In this document: positions 51,179 to 63,920 of the stretch, piece after piece
Layout: the number at the start of each line of letters is the position of its first letter
Numbering within the stretch: position 1 is the stretch's first letter
Assembly (NCBI GenBank): GCA_002269645.1
Contig: NIVC01000372.1
Location: 48,733-112,732, forward strand
Length of the DNA: 64,000 bases
Source of the DNA: Macrostomum lignano
Lineage: Eukaryota
Direction: 5' to 3'
Translations under genes and position numbers: made by a program
The notes under the pieces: model-generated
Database searches by the model: none
Told to the model about the DNA's origin: nothing
The model's input: the letters and a program-made list of their open reading frames with translations, nothing else

Positions 51179-51349
51179 GTGAGCCGAGAGGAGGGAGGTG
51201 AGATGAAGCTTCAAAGGACCCGAGGGTTGGATAGAGGCTTCGTTAGCAAAGCAAATTTTTCCTGGGATTTCCATTTCTTTCGTCCAAAAACAACAGAAAT
51301 CTGATTTATTACTACACGCAATTATAGCTAAGCTAAAATCGCTCAAAAT

Positions 51350-52837
51350 TCAATCCAAACCCCCAGCCAACTTCACAGGGTCCAAGCCAGCCAAGTCGAT
51401 CTCGTACAATCGCTGCTCAGTGATTAACAACCCCAGCTCTCGGATCGGCTTTCGTTCCTTCAACTTAAAGCCTAAAGATTCGTAGATTCGAATGGCTCGC
51501 GGCTGGTCGGAGCTCACGTGCAGCTGCATCCGGCTGTAGCCAAGCCGGCGCGACTGCAGCATAGCGTGCCGGCAGATAATCTCGCCGATGCCTTCGCCGC
51601 GAAACTCGGCCGGGACGCCGACTCGCTGCAGCTCGCAGGCGCTGTCGTCTAAGTGCAGGCAAGCGGCTGTACCGACGAGCAAGTTGAAACTGGAAAGTCA
51701 ATTTATTGCACTAACTATATCAGAAGGCATTCTGTAGCTAAAATATGTACGCTCGTAAAAGTGACTCTCTCTGACTACTTAGAAAAATTTTAATTAAAAA
51801 GCGTATTTTATACCTACTGTTAGTAGACAGTGAGGCTCATAATTTTTAACTACTGCTAGTAGGCAGTTATAATTCTTTTTTCTACTGTTTGTAGACGGTA
51901 CGAATTTTAATTTTTATCTAAGCAGTAGGAATTTCTATTTTAATATACTGTTAGTAGGCAGTAGGAATTTTACTTTTACATCTTCTGTTAGTATGCAGTA
52001 TACGAATTTTAATTTTCATGTACTGTTAGTAGGCAGTAAGAATTACATTTTTAATCTACTGTTAGTAGGCAGTAGAAACTTTTCATCTACTGTTAGTAGG
52101 CAGTAGAAACTTTTCATCTACTGTTAGTAGGCAGTAGAAACTTTTCATCTACTGTTAGTAGGCAGTAAGAATGTTACGTTATTCAATAGAGAGCTGAACT
52201 TAAACAAAATGACAATTTTTGCTAAATTTCACTATACAGCTTGGGAAACATACGGGCCTACTAAGTGCAAACATATCGGATTGGAAAATAGTAAAGACAT
52301 GCAATTTATTAAAGTTCGCATAGAAGCATTCACTCACTTGTCCTCAGTGTTTGCACTGCGGCTGGCCGGCGCAGCGGCAGAGTTGAAAAATGCCCCATAA
52401 ATTCGATTAGGCGGTGCGATCCAATAGCGGCCGAACTGCCGATAGTCCGGCAGCACCCACGTGTGCTTGCGCGAACAATCCAGCCACAACAGGCCGCGCA
52501 GCGCCGGCGGCAGCAGCAGTGGACAGGCCGCCGGCCACAGCTGCCGCCAGGAGCTCAACTGGTAGCGACGGATCATCAGCCAGGCTGTGACGGCCGCGGC
52601 GAGCCCGGCAACAGCCAGCACAGGCGGGCTGCTGCTGATTCGGTGAGCAACTCTATCGATAGTCCAGGTGAATGGCAGCAGGCCAATATCCCGGCAGGCT
52701 TCCGCCTCTGGCTCGGTGAGCAGTGGGCGCAGCTGCACCTGCCTGCCTTTGCGGCTGATGGCGGATCCGGTGCCATCTGGCAGGCTGGCTGGCACTGCGG
52801 CTGGCTGCTGCAGAAGTTTATGGCAATTACACACCAT
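51350..52837 (-). CDS. GNAT N-acetyltransferase (NAT8/camello-like, membrane anchored); exons 52837-52338, 51689-51350
   Basis: Hydrophobic segment VLAVAGLAAAVTAWLMI; phase-2 intron; ELQRVGVPAEFRGEGIGE (acetyl-CoA motif A) and AIRIYESLGF (motif B). Confidence 0.85.
51880..52170. repeat. ~31-bp minisatellite in the GNAT intron
   Basis: tctactgttagtaggcagtagaaacttttca variants. Confidence 0.85.
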
Positions 52838-52844
52838 AATAAGG

Positions 52845-52965
52845 GGTTGCAGCCTAGTGGTTAGAGCGTCGGACTTTCGACTGGAAGGTCGGGGTTCGAT
52901 TCCCGATCCCACTAGGAACAATTTGCGTATTAAGCAAGACCTTAACTCTGCCTTGGTTCAGTTCA
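52845..52965 (+). mobile_element. SINE family 1 head (tRNA-like) abutting the GNAT start
   Basis: CCTAGTGGTTAGAGCGTCGGACT...GGTTCGATTCCCGATCCCACTAG, near-identical to the 21 kb head; body truncated into a satellite. Confidence 0.8.
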
Positions 52966-52969
52966 GCTA

Positions 52970-54590
52970 TGATTTTTTACATGACGCTTCTATGATTGTT
53001 TACATGACGCTTCTATGATTTTTACATGACGCTTCTATGATTGTTTACATGACGCTTCTATGATTTTTACATGACACTTCAAAATGATTTTTACATGACA
53101 CTTCTATGATTTTTACATGATGACACTTCAATGATTTTTACATGACGCTTCTATGATTGTTTACATGACGCTTCTATGATTTTTACATGACACTTCAATG
53201 ATTTTTTACATGACGCTTCTATGATTTTTACATGACACTTCAATGATTTTTACATGATTTTTTACATGACGCTTCTATGATTTTTACATGACACTTCAAT
53301 GATTTTTACATGACGCTGCTATGATTTTTACATGACACTTCAATGATTTTTACATGACGCTTCTATGATTGTTTACATGACGCTTCTATGATTTTTACAT
53401 GACACTTCAATGATTTTTTACATGACGCTTCTATGATTTTTACACGACACTTCAATGATTTTTACATGATGCTTCTATGATTTTTTACATGATGCTTCTA
53501 TGATTTTTACATGACACTTCAATGATTTTTACATGACGCTTCTATGATTTTTACATGACGCTTCTATGATTTTTACATGACACTTCAATGATTTTTTACA
53601 TGACGCTTCTATGATTTTTACATGACACTTCAATGATTTTTACATGATTTTTTACATGATGCTTCTATGATTTTTACATGACACTTCAATGATTTTTACA
53701 TGACGCTTCTATGATTTTTACATGACACTTCAATGATTTTTACATGACGCTTCTATGATTGTTTACATGACGCTTCTATGATTTTTACATGACACTTCAA
53801 TGATTTTTTACATGACACTTCTATGATTTTTACACGACACTTCAATGATTTTTTACATGACGCTTCTATGATTTTTACATGACACTTCAATGATTTTTAC
53901 ATGATGCTTCTATGATTTTTTACATGATGCTTCTATGATTTTTACATGACACTTCAATGATTTTTACATGACGCTTCTATGATTTTTACATGACACTTCA
54001 ATGATTTTTACATGACGCTTCTATGATTGTTTACATGACGCTTCTATGATTGTTTACATGACGCTTCTATGATTTTTACATGACACTTCAATGATTTTTT
54101 ACATGACGCTTCTATGATTTTTTACATGACGCTTCTATGATTTTTACATGACACTTCAATGATTGTTACATGACACTTCTATGATTTTTACATGACGCTT
54201 CTATGATTTTTACATGACACTTCTATGATTGTTTACATGACGCTTCTATATTTGTTTGCATGACGCTTCTATAATTCTTACATGACACTTCTATGATTTT
54301 TGTATGATGCTTCAATGATTTTTTCATGACACTTCTATGATTGTTTACATGACGCTTCTATGATTTTTTTATGATGCTTCTATGATTTTTATATGATGCT
54401 TCAATGATTTTTACATGACCCTTCTATGATTTTTACATGATGCTTCTATGATTTTTTACATGATGCTTCTATGATTCTTTATATGACACTTTTATGATTC
54501 TTTACACGACACTTCTATGATTGTTTACATGATGCTTCTATGATTTTTACACAACACCTTTATGAGTTTTTACATGATGCCTTTAGTCCT
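52970..54590. repeat. 22-24-bp minisatellite, ~70 copies
   Basis: tttttacatgacgcttctatga / ...acacttcaatga units. Confidence 0.97.
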
Positions 54591-57074
54591 TTATTATGGA
54601 CATTCAAGCATACAAACCTTAGAGATTTAGTATATTTAGATTAGTCCTTTAATAAAAGCTTTCAATGAAAAAATTTTCACTACTAAGATTTGAACCCAGG
54701 TCCAGTTAGCAGTCCAGTCTGTTCAAATCTAGGCTAGCTCTTATCGCATTTATAAATGAAATTGTAGCACTTATATAATTCAACACTCACTCACAAAGTG
54801 GTTATGACATAATCAATTTCTCAGGCAAGTCAGTATCAGTCTCAATTAAAGTTGACAATATGGTTACGCAATCTAAATCAAGTCTAGTGCTATATGCTTC
54901 CACACTATGTTTTCAACGCTGTGATGCAATTGAATTCAATGTCAAATTCAGCCAGTATACAGATGATAAATAAAAAGCCTATGTGATGCAATCTATTTCA
55001 GAATCAAAATTCAATCAGTCAGTTTTTTTTCTAGCATTCTTACAATGCATCTCAAATTGAAAAGTTTGCTTGACCTTTGCAAAAAAGCATGTTTTTCAAA
55101 TATTTAATCCCTTTAGCATTGACCAATTTCTTAGACAGAACACATGTACTGTCACAAGAAATTTTTTTATTGAACAGTGCAAGTCTTATGGCAGAAAAGG
55201 CTTATTATGGAAGATTGCAACTTTGTTAATAGTAAATAAACGAGATTAAATGAAACAAAACTTTACCATTATAGCAAACCTCTAAACTTTTAGGTTTCAA
55301 ATATAAGATAATTTTTTACTTGAAACCACAATAGCAGTCATCAAAAGTATCATTTTTGTCATCAAAATGACTTTTTTGTAATTTAAATGACTGTTATTAA
55401 AATGTCTTCTTATTACTAAATTGATTATAATTTGGAACAACTAGGCCTAAGAACTTCAAGTAGAACCTAGCCAACCCACTGCTACTTATCATAGGCCCTA
55501 ATTCTATTGAAGTTAGGTCCCTTTAGAATATGAAGCTTACTATTGCTATATTCCTCATGTCAATACAGATTGTTAATTTAAAAAATAATAGAACAAGCAA
55601 TCTAAGATTACTTAGCTCTTGCCTCCTTGCTAATAATAAATATCTAGATTAGGCCTAATTTAAGGCTAGGCCTAGCTTAGCCAAAGGGGCCTAGGCTAAA
55701 TTATTGCAATTGAGATAAAATTGATTGCCATTGCATTGCCCATGGCTTCAAAGCTCAAAGTAAAGTAACTAACTAGTAGACAAGAATTTAAATAAGTTTA
55801 GAAGAGGAAAGTATGTTTATAAAATAGTAGTGAAAAGAAGCAAGAGGTATAGTAGCATCAAAAATTGGCTTTAGCTAAGTGGTAATAAACAATATACAAA
55901 AAGCAAAAGAAGGCCTACAGTACTAACTAGACTACTACTACTAGAGTATGCTGACTGCTGGCTAAATCAAAGAAAGAAATGCTACAAAAGTGACTTAAGC
56001 AATGAAGAAATAATCAAGAAAAGATGACTTGCAAACTTGCTGGATCTATTAGTATTAAATTAAATCAAAGTGAACATCTATCCGATTGATTGATTAAGCC
56101 TATATCTATATGTAATGTAATAGGCCTACGCATTGGCTAAGGCTAACTATTTTTTCTTCTTTCTGTAGGGCCTATCCTATAAATTGTAACACAGGCACAC
56201 AACATTTATGTTTAAAAAATAGCATAATATAAACTTCAATGTGTAATATTCCGAGATCATGAATTTGTCGATTAAGTGTACAAACAGTATAGAACAAAAT
56301 TCACTTGAAACAAACAATTAATGAACGACTTGAGAAATCCACACACAAGAGGGTTGCAGCGCTATGGTTTCGTGGAATTTTTCTGGTTTGAAGTTTTACT
56401 CTCGGTATAGCAAAATAAAAAAGTAGCAATTGTCAGGGCTATTTTGTTCAAAGTAATACCTTTAAAACTATAAAATATAAGTTTGCTTACTGAAAAAAAT
56501 AGTTTACACTCGCAAACCTGTAAAACATATATACTATTTTGCATCTGAAGGTAAATATTTTCAGACACTCTTTCTACAGATTAGCAAAGTTTTCCTTTGC
56601 CTCCAGACACGAGAGCAGTTTAGGTATATAATATATCATTGAGCAGCCGTAATTGAGAGTATATACAAATTTAGAATGATTAAATGTATACATGTACATG
56701 TACATTATCGACATGTGTTTAAATCTCATTGCATTTCGGCAAGAAGAATATGGATTTAAAGGCTAATATTTCAACTTCTCAATTTTACAGCAAGTATGAT
56801 CGGCGGCACAGATCCTTTTTATGAACGAGTCGTCGCTATTTATACTATAGCAGAACATATATAAATGTAAATGAGCTTAATTCTATGGCTTAAACGCATT
56901 GCCCAAGCGTAGCACACGAGGCTGCTGCACTGTACCCGGTTTCTGCATCTATGGTCTGCAGCTGTTTAAACAATGCAGCATATAATTTTGATCTTTTATT
57001 TATAATTAAAATAATTTCAATTAGCAGGTTGCATACCGCAGTACTGCCAAGTTGCATTCCGCCGATCAGTAACG

Positions 57075-58841
57075 ATGACCAGCTGCCCGCTGCCGCCGCA
57101 GTTCCCCAATTCGCACCTGAACATACCACCGTTCCTACGCAGCCATCACCCGTACACGAAATGGATGATCAACATGATCCGTGGCAGGTCGCACCACCGT
57201 CTCACCACCATGGTGAGGGAGAGGCCCGAGCTGTTCCAGCAGATCTTCCAGATCGCCGACCAGCCAGACCTCATCGGGAACGACTCGCGCGACTCTCAGT
57301 CCATGTTTCACCGCAACGCCGTCCTGTACCTCAACCCGCTGAGTCTGGCCATCTACCTCAAGGAGGAGAAGTCGGTGGAGATCATCCTGCGCAGTGGAGT
57401 CAACCATGGGCACCAGAAGAGCTTCGCCACAGACGTATTCAGCCGAGGCGTTGCCGGCGGCGACATTGTCGAGATCCTGCCCGTGTGCGTCGCCATCAGG
57501 CGGGAGTTTTACGAGGCCATCAGCTCCCTGAGCAGCGTGGCGCCGCCGTTCATGAAGGACGGACAGGCGCTGACGTTGGACATCAGCCGGCCATTCGAGC
57601 TGCACTATGAGAGCAAGGCCAGCCAAAAGGTGTTCAAATATCGCGACACTCTCCACTACGGCACCGAGACTATGAAGACGCGGCTCAACATCAATATCAG
57701 CAGCCTGCTCGAGAGCCTCATCACCATTCGGCCGGAGATTTGGCAGCCGCAGGTGCTGGACGATGACGGGTTCGGCCAGAAGATCAGCCTGTTCCGCCGC
57801 ATCGCCCGCGTGGCGTACTACGAGGACCCAGAGTGTCGCAAGTCGCACAACTTGATCAGCGCGCTGGAGACGCTGTTCAAAAACCGCTGCTTCCTTGAGC
57901 TGCAGCCGACGCCCGACACCAAGGCCGGGTTTGTTGCCCGCATCCAGAGCCTGGACCCCATGATCATGGACCAGGACTGCGCCATCGCACTGCTCATGGG
58001 CCTGTACTACCGCATGCACTGCAAGGTGAAAAACGGCCCGATGAACTCCCTGGCCGACATCATTCGCCGAGCCCTCACAGCCACCAAGTGGCGTAAAACG
58101 TTTCTGCGACTGCCTGTGGAGCATCTGCAGAAGATCTTCAGCTGCCTGCCGGAGAATGTCGCCCTACCAACTGACTCTCTGCTGGCCATCAAGACTCACA
58201 TCAGCATCATCAACGAGAAAGAGCAGGACAGCACCATCAATCTGACAGGAGCTGGGCGCGTGCCCGCCTCCGAGCTGCGCAGCGTTGGCGACGACTGCGC
58301 CCTCCTGCGGGTGCGGCAGAACGGCAGCCGGTTCAGCAAGCCGCCCTCGCTCAACAGCTACATCCAGGCCAGCAGCAGCGGCATGCCGCGGATGAAGCAG
58401 GCGGCCGCCCAGCCTCCTGCCGGCAGCTCCGACATCATGACCGACTTTGACGAGTCCGGCATGCCGGGCCAGGAGATGCCGCCTCAGCTGATGCAGCAGA
58501 TGCTTCAACAGCAGCAACTGCAGCAGCATCAGCAGTTTCAGCAGCACCGCCAGCAGCTGCTGTCGTCTCGATCTCCCTACGCCGGCAACGAAAAGACGGA
58601 AACCGCCGACCACGAAGACGAGGAGCGCTCCGAAGACTTGAACAGCTTCGAGCGCGAGCTGGTGAAGCACATGTACTCCAGCAGCGCTGGCAGGCAGCAG
58701 CAGCAGTTCGCGCCCGGCGACATGGGCGACGTCCGACTTCAGGGTGGAAAGCCGGCGGGCCGCGCGGGTCTGCAGCAGCAGCAGCAGCTGTTTGATGCGT
58801 TTGACGCCGTCAATAGCAGTCCGGCCAACTCGGCCTACTGA
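57075..58841 (+). CDS. Unknown 588-aa protein, single coding exon; weak ankyrin-like N-terminus, Gln-rich tail
   Basis: Long GC-rich ORF preceded by acceptor-like ttagcag at ~57028; LNPLSLAIYLKEEKSVEIILRSG and LPVCVAIRREFYEAISSL resemble degenerate ankyrin repeats. Confidence 0.8.
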   Translation: MTSCPLPPQFPNSHLNIPPFLRSHHPYTKWMINMIRGRSHHRLTTMVRERPELFQQIFQIADQPDLIGNDSRDSQSMFHRNAVLYLNPLSLAIYLKEEKSVEIILRSGVNHGHQKSFATDVFSRGVAGGDIVEILPVCVAIRREFYEAISSLSSVAPPFMKDGQALTLDISRPFELHYESKASQKVFKYRDTLHYGTETMKTRLNINISSLLESLITIRPEIWQPQVLDDDGFGQKISLFRRIARVAYYEDPECRKSHNLISALETLFKNRCFLELQPTPDTKAGFVARIQSLDPMIMDQDCAIALLMGLYYRMHCKVKNGPMNSLADIIRRALTATKWRKTFLRLPVEHLQKIFSCLPENVALPTDSLLAIKTHISIINEKEQDSTINLTGAGRVPASELRSVGDDCALLRVRQNGSRFSKPPSLNSYIQASSSGMPRMKQAAAQPPAGSSDIMTDFDESGMPGQEMPPQLMQQMLQQQQLQQHQQFQQHRQQLLSSRSPYAGNEKTETADHEDEERSEDLNSFERELVKHMYSSSAGRQQQQFAPGDMGDVRLQGGKPAGRAGLQQQQQLFDAFDAVNSSPANSAY

Positions 58842-59599
58842 CCGCGGTGCCGTGCTAGTGACATTTTTTCAGTCTTTAAGCATTTACTTTGTTCATCTTT
58901 CTGCCAGGTTTAAGAGTTTATTTCATTCATAGAAAATAGCTTTAGTGTTCACTGTCTGCCTCCGACAATTTTTTCCTCTAAACTTGTCCACTCTCAACTG
59001 AAATTTTTTCGGTTTGTCATTTTTTGCCAAACTTTTCCCCCACGCGCGGTCTCGCGGAAAGCCAGCACGACTTTCTGTTGGTGTGACGTGCGTGAAAATA
59101 AACAACCAAATATTCAGATTTTTTAGGTTTAGCTGGCTACTAGGTGAGTGAAGGGTAAACGAGAACGTTTAGTTCCGTTTATTTAGTGAAATTCATTCGC
59201 TCTTTGCTTCGTTCTGTTTACTCACTCCCGTTCACAAGTGAGTCCGATGCTCTAAAGCGCTACAACCCCCAAGTACCTAAGGTACATCATCATTGGAGAG
59301 CAGTGCAGCTGAAAATAAGGAATGGAGTTTTGTACAAGAGTATCAAGCAATGCATAGATCACATTTGAATTAGATGCGAATAGTTTGATAATAGCATGTA
59401 CTACTATACACTTGTAACTCTTTCAAATACAAAATTTAATGTAACTACAGTGAAATGTGACTGAACACTAGACTTACGGTAGCTGAGTATAATATGTGTG
59501 TATAGTAAATTTGAAAGACGCAAATGTGCTGATATTGCTACTTAAAGTAACTAGCGATTTCTTCAATGGCTAACTGAATTGCTGACCAAATATCTTCCG

Positions 59600-62500
59600 T
59601 CAGCCTTTGAATACGTCAGGAGCAGAGAACAGAATGGCACAGGTTGCAATCAGAGTGAAGCCGGAGAACAGGATCAGGCAGAGCCGGTCAATCACTCTGG
59701 CTGCGAATTTCCACTCGCTGCTGACTTCTCCGTCCGCCACGTCGTTCGCGATCTTCCTGGTGACAAAGCGAAGCTCCTGAATGATGGCCTCCAGCTCGGC
59801 CTGGCTGTTGCAGTCGTCGGGTTGTTTCGGATCCGGCTGGTCCAGCTGCGATCCCCAGTCGGTTGAGGCGTCGCGGGCGCGCCGGCCGGGTTGGCAAGGA
59901 CTGTAGGAGGTCGGCGAGTCAGTCGGCAGCTGCTGGTGCGGCAGCGGGCGCTCTTGGCCCCAGCCGTGCGTCTCATCAAAGGATGCCGTCAGTCCAGTCG
60001 GATACGATCTGCAATGACGTCCAGTTCTGACTCTGTGCTATGTGCTGGTGCCAAACTCTGATGCCTTCCAGCCTTGAACTCTCAGTCCGTATAATTTGGT
60101 GAGGAATGAACTTAGGCTCAAAGTCGATTTTGTAAAAAAATCACTGTTTTATCCAGTTAAAGCTGGTTAATTTCAGAAAAATCAATCTGATATTATTATT
60201 CTGGCAAAACTACCGTCAGTCCTGTCTCTTCGTTGTAATTTTTATCAAGGACTACTAGGCTTCTGCACTCAGTACATTATGTTGAAAATCATGCAATTCG
60301 TCTATCTCACTAATGTACATACGAGAACGAAAATCGGCCTTCAACTATTTTTACACGAATCGAGTGTTACGTCCTTATAATAACGAAGTGTTCCTGGTGG
60401 TCCTTGATTTTTATAGACAGATTTTGTAAAACATCTTTGCTAAATCCATTTAGAAAGCACCTGAGCGGCCTTCTACGCTTGTACATTAGTTATTTATTAC
60501 TATAACGTTGTATGTACATCATCGAAAAGAGCTACCTTATTGATGGTCGCTGCTGCCGGTGCACGGATGTTCGGAAATTGTCTTCAATGTCCAGCACATT
60601 CGCCAGCAAAGATTTCGAGCAGCGCTCCCGCAGTTCCAGGCCGCCGGAGCGGCGCTGCAGTTGGCTGGCCCTGCGCTGCCAGTCGCTCAGCCGGCGTCGC
60701 ACTCTGATTGGCTCGGAGTGCTCCGTCCGCCCGTGGTGCCGCATGCACAGAATGCTGGCCAGGTAGACGCAGATGAACTTGCGAACCTGCATTATTGAGT
60801 GGATTGGCTGATTATTGTCTCAATTTAGGGCTCGAGACCGGCTATGAATGCGACGGGACACATGCACCGACAGGCCAACCCGGCTGGCTAAAGTGAGTCT
60901 CTCACTGACTTTCGCTAAGCAGAGCAGATCAGCAACTCAGCGCTAAACCGTGTAGCTCGTAAATTGTGCTCAGGAGCCAGCGGAACGGGCAGAATTGCCG
61001 TCAGCGCTGGTTGTGAGACGATGTCACCGAGGGCGGTCGCGCCGGGGTGCCCCACGGCCCTCCTGCAGCTGTAATTTTTATCTGATAATTTGTCGCCTCA
61101 AATCTAGTTAAATGTATCAAATAGCATTTTAGGTTAACCGCTTGAGTTTGAGTAGCTAGGGTTGATCCGGGCAAAGAAAACGTGACCTGTTCCACTGTAC
61201 TGACAAATCTAGTTCGAATATACACTCAGCAGCATTGTCAGAGCCATTGACTTCAGCTCACTACACTGCAAATGACGCAAGCATAGTGATCTCACTCACC
61301 CAGTTAGGTATGGGATGAGACTCCGCATTCCTGTGATGATAGTTGAGCACAATCACCGTGAATACCACCGACAGACTGCACATGATCATTGTGCAGGCAA
61401 AGTACATGCCTGAAATGCCACAGCGCAAAGTTTTAATTGGCTCGGTTTGTATCAACTGTCTATCAGCCTTGGGGTAGCGTTGGGGTAAGTTAGTCATATG
61501 TTAATACTAATTTTGCAAGTGCATGTAAATTAGTTAAGTAATATCAGAATTTGTTCTAGTTTCATTGGAATCAGAAACAGAAAATGTGGCATTAGTAACC
61601 GATGGACAAAATACAGGTTACTGGAATCTGAACCCGGACTTCGTGGGTCTGGTCAAAGTCATCATGGATTCTGGTCTCAGTCCCTCATGGATTCTGGTCT
61701 CAGTCCCTCATGGATTCTGGTCTCAGTCCCTCCTGGATTCTGGTCTCAGTCCCTCATGGATTCTGGTCTCAGTCCCTCATGGATTCTGGTCTCAGTCTCT
61801 CATGGATTCTGGTCTCAGTCCCTCATGGATTTTGGTCTCAGTCCCTCATGGATTCTGGTCTCAGTCCCTCATGGATTCTGGTCTCAGTCCGTCATGGATT
61901 CTGGTCTCAGTCCATCATGGATTCTGGTCTCAGTGCCTCATGGATTCTGGTCTCAGTCCCTCATGGATTCTGGTCTCAGTCCTCATGGATTCTGGTCTCA
62001 GTCCCTCCTGGATTCTGGTCTCAGTCCCTCATGGATTCTGGTCTCAGTCCCTCAAGGATTCTGGTCTCAGTCCCTCATGGATTCTGGTCTCAGTCTCTCA
62101 TGGATTCTGGTCTCAGTCCCTCATGGATTCTGGTCTCAGTCCATCATGGATTCTGGTCTCAGTGCCTCATGGATTCTGGTCTCAGTCCCTCATGGATTCT
62201 GGTCTCAGTCCCTCATGGATTCTGGTCTCAGTCCCTGCTGGATTCTGGTCTCAGTCCCTCATGGATTCTGGTCTCAGTCCCTCAAGGATTCTGGTCTCAG
62301 TCCCTCATGGATTCTGGTCTCAGTCCCTCATGGATTCTGGTCTCAGTCCGTCATGGATTCTGGTCTCAGTCCGTCATGGATTCTGGTCTCAGTCCGTCAT
62401 GGATTCTGGTCTCAGTCCCTCATGGATTCTGGTCTCAGTCCCTCATGGATTCTGGTCTCAGTCCCTGCTGGATTCTGGTCTCAGTCCCTCATGGATTCTG

Positions 62501-63444
62501 GTCTCAGTCCCTCCTGGATTCTGGTCTCAGTCCCTCCTGGATTCTGGTCTCAGTCCCTCCTGGATTCTGGTCTCAGTCCCTCCTGGATTCTGGTCTCAGC
62601 TCTGCATAGATACAGAGTAATCTTCTTAACTCTCAATTGTTTCCTAATTTGCTTAAGAAGGAGTTGCAAGACGCCTGCTGAGTTCACCTACCGATGACTG
62701 GCACCGAGTCCGAGGTGGCGGGCATGGCCTCTCCAACCGTCATGAGGAAGACGGTGAGCGACAGCAGGATAGTGACTCCTATAAATAGAGTTAGTAGAGC
62801 AGTGAGTCATGCAACATGCATGGCACATTGGATTAGTAGAACGTTCGAAAGCTTAAATTCAGACAGTCGATATTGACAACATGAAGCACAACGATAACAC
62901 AAAACAGAAGATAACTAAGCCTGTACATCGTTCAAGATTTAATTTGACAGTGATAACATGGACTGCTCTAGAAGTTTACCAATCAGCGGCAGAGACTCCG
63001 AGGTCTGCGGCATCGCGTCTGCTACTAGTAGCAGAAACATGATAAGTGACAATAGTATTGTCACGCCTGTACAATGCAATGAATCTGATGCTTTAAAATA
63101 TATAGTGAGGATCTAATTACACGGTCGGAAACGTGTCTAAAATGACAACAATCTGTTATCCATGATTTTCCTACATTGGATCTACATTTGACAAAACTTT
63201 GATAAGCATTGCAGAGCAAAGACATGCCAATTGTCGCGTACGAGCGTACGTACGAGAGAGATTTTCTCCCCTGCGTCGGCGGCAGGAGGAAGGTGAGCAG
63301 TGTCATAGTGGAGATGCACGCACGGTATGATAAGGTTGAAGCCGTAGTATAAGGTCCGCCGACGAATCTTGATGCGGTACTTCAGGTCGATGAAGGGAAA
63401 CGGGCAGCAGTCGTACAGTAAAGCGGTTCTCTGACCCGGCATGC
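59600..63444 (-). CDS. Nicotinic acetylcholine receptor alpha-type subunit, 3' half; exons 63444-63254, 62778-62692, 61409-61300, 60786-60536, 60008-59600 (5' exons outside window)
   Basis: Loop [20 protein letters not shown] (M1), [18 protein letters not shown] (M2, cation-type), [25 protein letters not shown] (M3), [17 protein letters not shown] (M4); the M1 exon carries small indels. Confidence 0.93.
60850..61055 (+). mobile_element. SINE family 2 copy in a receptor intron
   Basis: gtgctcaggagccagcggaacgggcagaattgccgtcagcgctggttgtgagacgatgtcaccgagggcgg matches the 3' half of the 20465-20770 copy. Confidence 0.65.
61665..62600. repeat. 23-bp minisatellite in the receptor M2-M3 intron
   Basis: catggattctggtctcagtccct, ~40 copies. 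Confidence 0.97.
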
Positions 63445-63589
63445 CTGCGTTGGAAGGCGAGTATATTTGGGGTACTAAAGGGCCGTGGGGATCGAGAATC
63501 ATTTTACCTGTCTTTGTCCATTGGCTTTTTGTTCAATGGAGAATGAATGGAGTGAGTGCGTCGGTCAGTCGAGGTTTGAAGGAGGTGCT

Positions 63590-63920
63590 GGCCAGTCTAA
63601 GGTCGATGGAGGTGTTGGTCAATCTAAGGGTCGGAGGGGTGTTGGTCAATCTATGGTCGAAGGGGTGTTGGTCAATCTAGGGTCGGAGGGGTGTTGGTCA
63701 ATCTAGGGTCGGAGGGGTGTTGGTCAATCTAGGGTCGGAGGGGTGTTGGTCAATCTAGGGTCGGAGGGGTGTTGGTCAATCTAGGGTCGGAGGGATGTTG
63801 GTCAATCTAGGGTCGGAGGGGTGTTAGTCAATCTAGGGTCGGAGGGGTGTTGGTCAATCTAGGGTCGGAGGGTGTTGGTCAATCTAGGGTCGGAGGGTGT
63901 GGTCAATCTAGGGTCGGAGA
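63590..63920. repeat. ~26-bp minisatellite
   Basis: tctagggtcggaggggtgttggtcaa, ~12 copies; distal units show 1-nt deletions. Confidence 0.95.

Noticed and set aside
51698-51710. tcaatttattgca, matching part of the Macrostomum spliced leader as I recall it
   Set aside because: Only 13 nt, no donor or Sm site follows, and it is the reverse complement of the GNAT intron 3' end.
52845-52915. Functional tRNA-Glu gene
   Set aside because: Anticodon stem does not pair, the sister copy has a different anticodon, and it continues into SINE body sequence.
57135-58670. Long minus-strand ORFs (329 and 168 aa)
   Set aside because: Antisense shadows of the GC-rich 588-aa gene.
61001-61075. Alternative terminal exon of the receptor after M3
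   Set aside because: The GC-rich block is the antisense of a SINE family 2 copy.
61565-62697. 299-351-aa [20 protein letters not shown] ORFs
   Set aside because: Translation of a 23-bp intronic minisatellite open in all frames.
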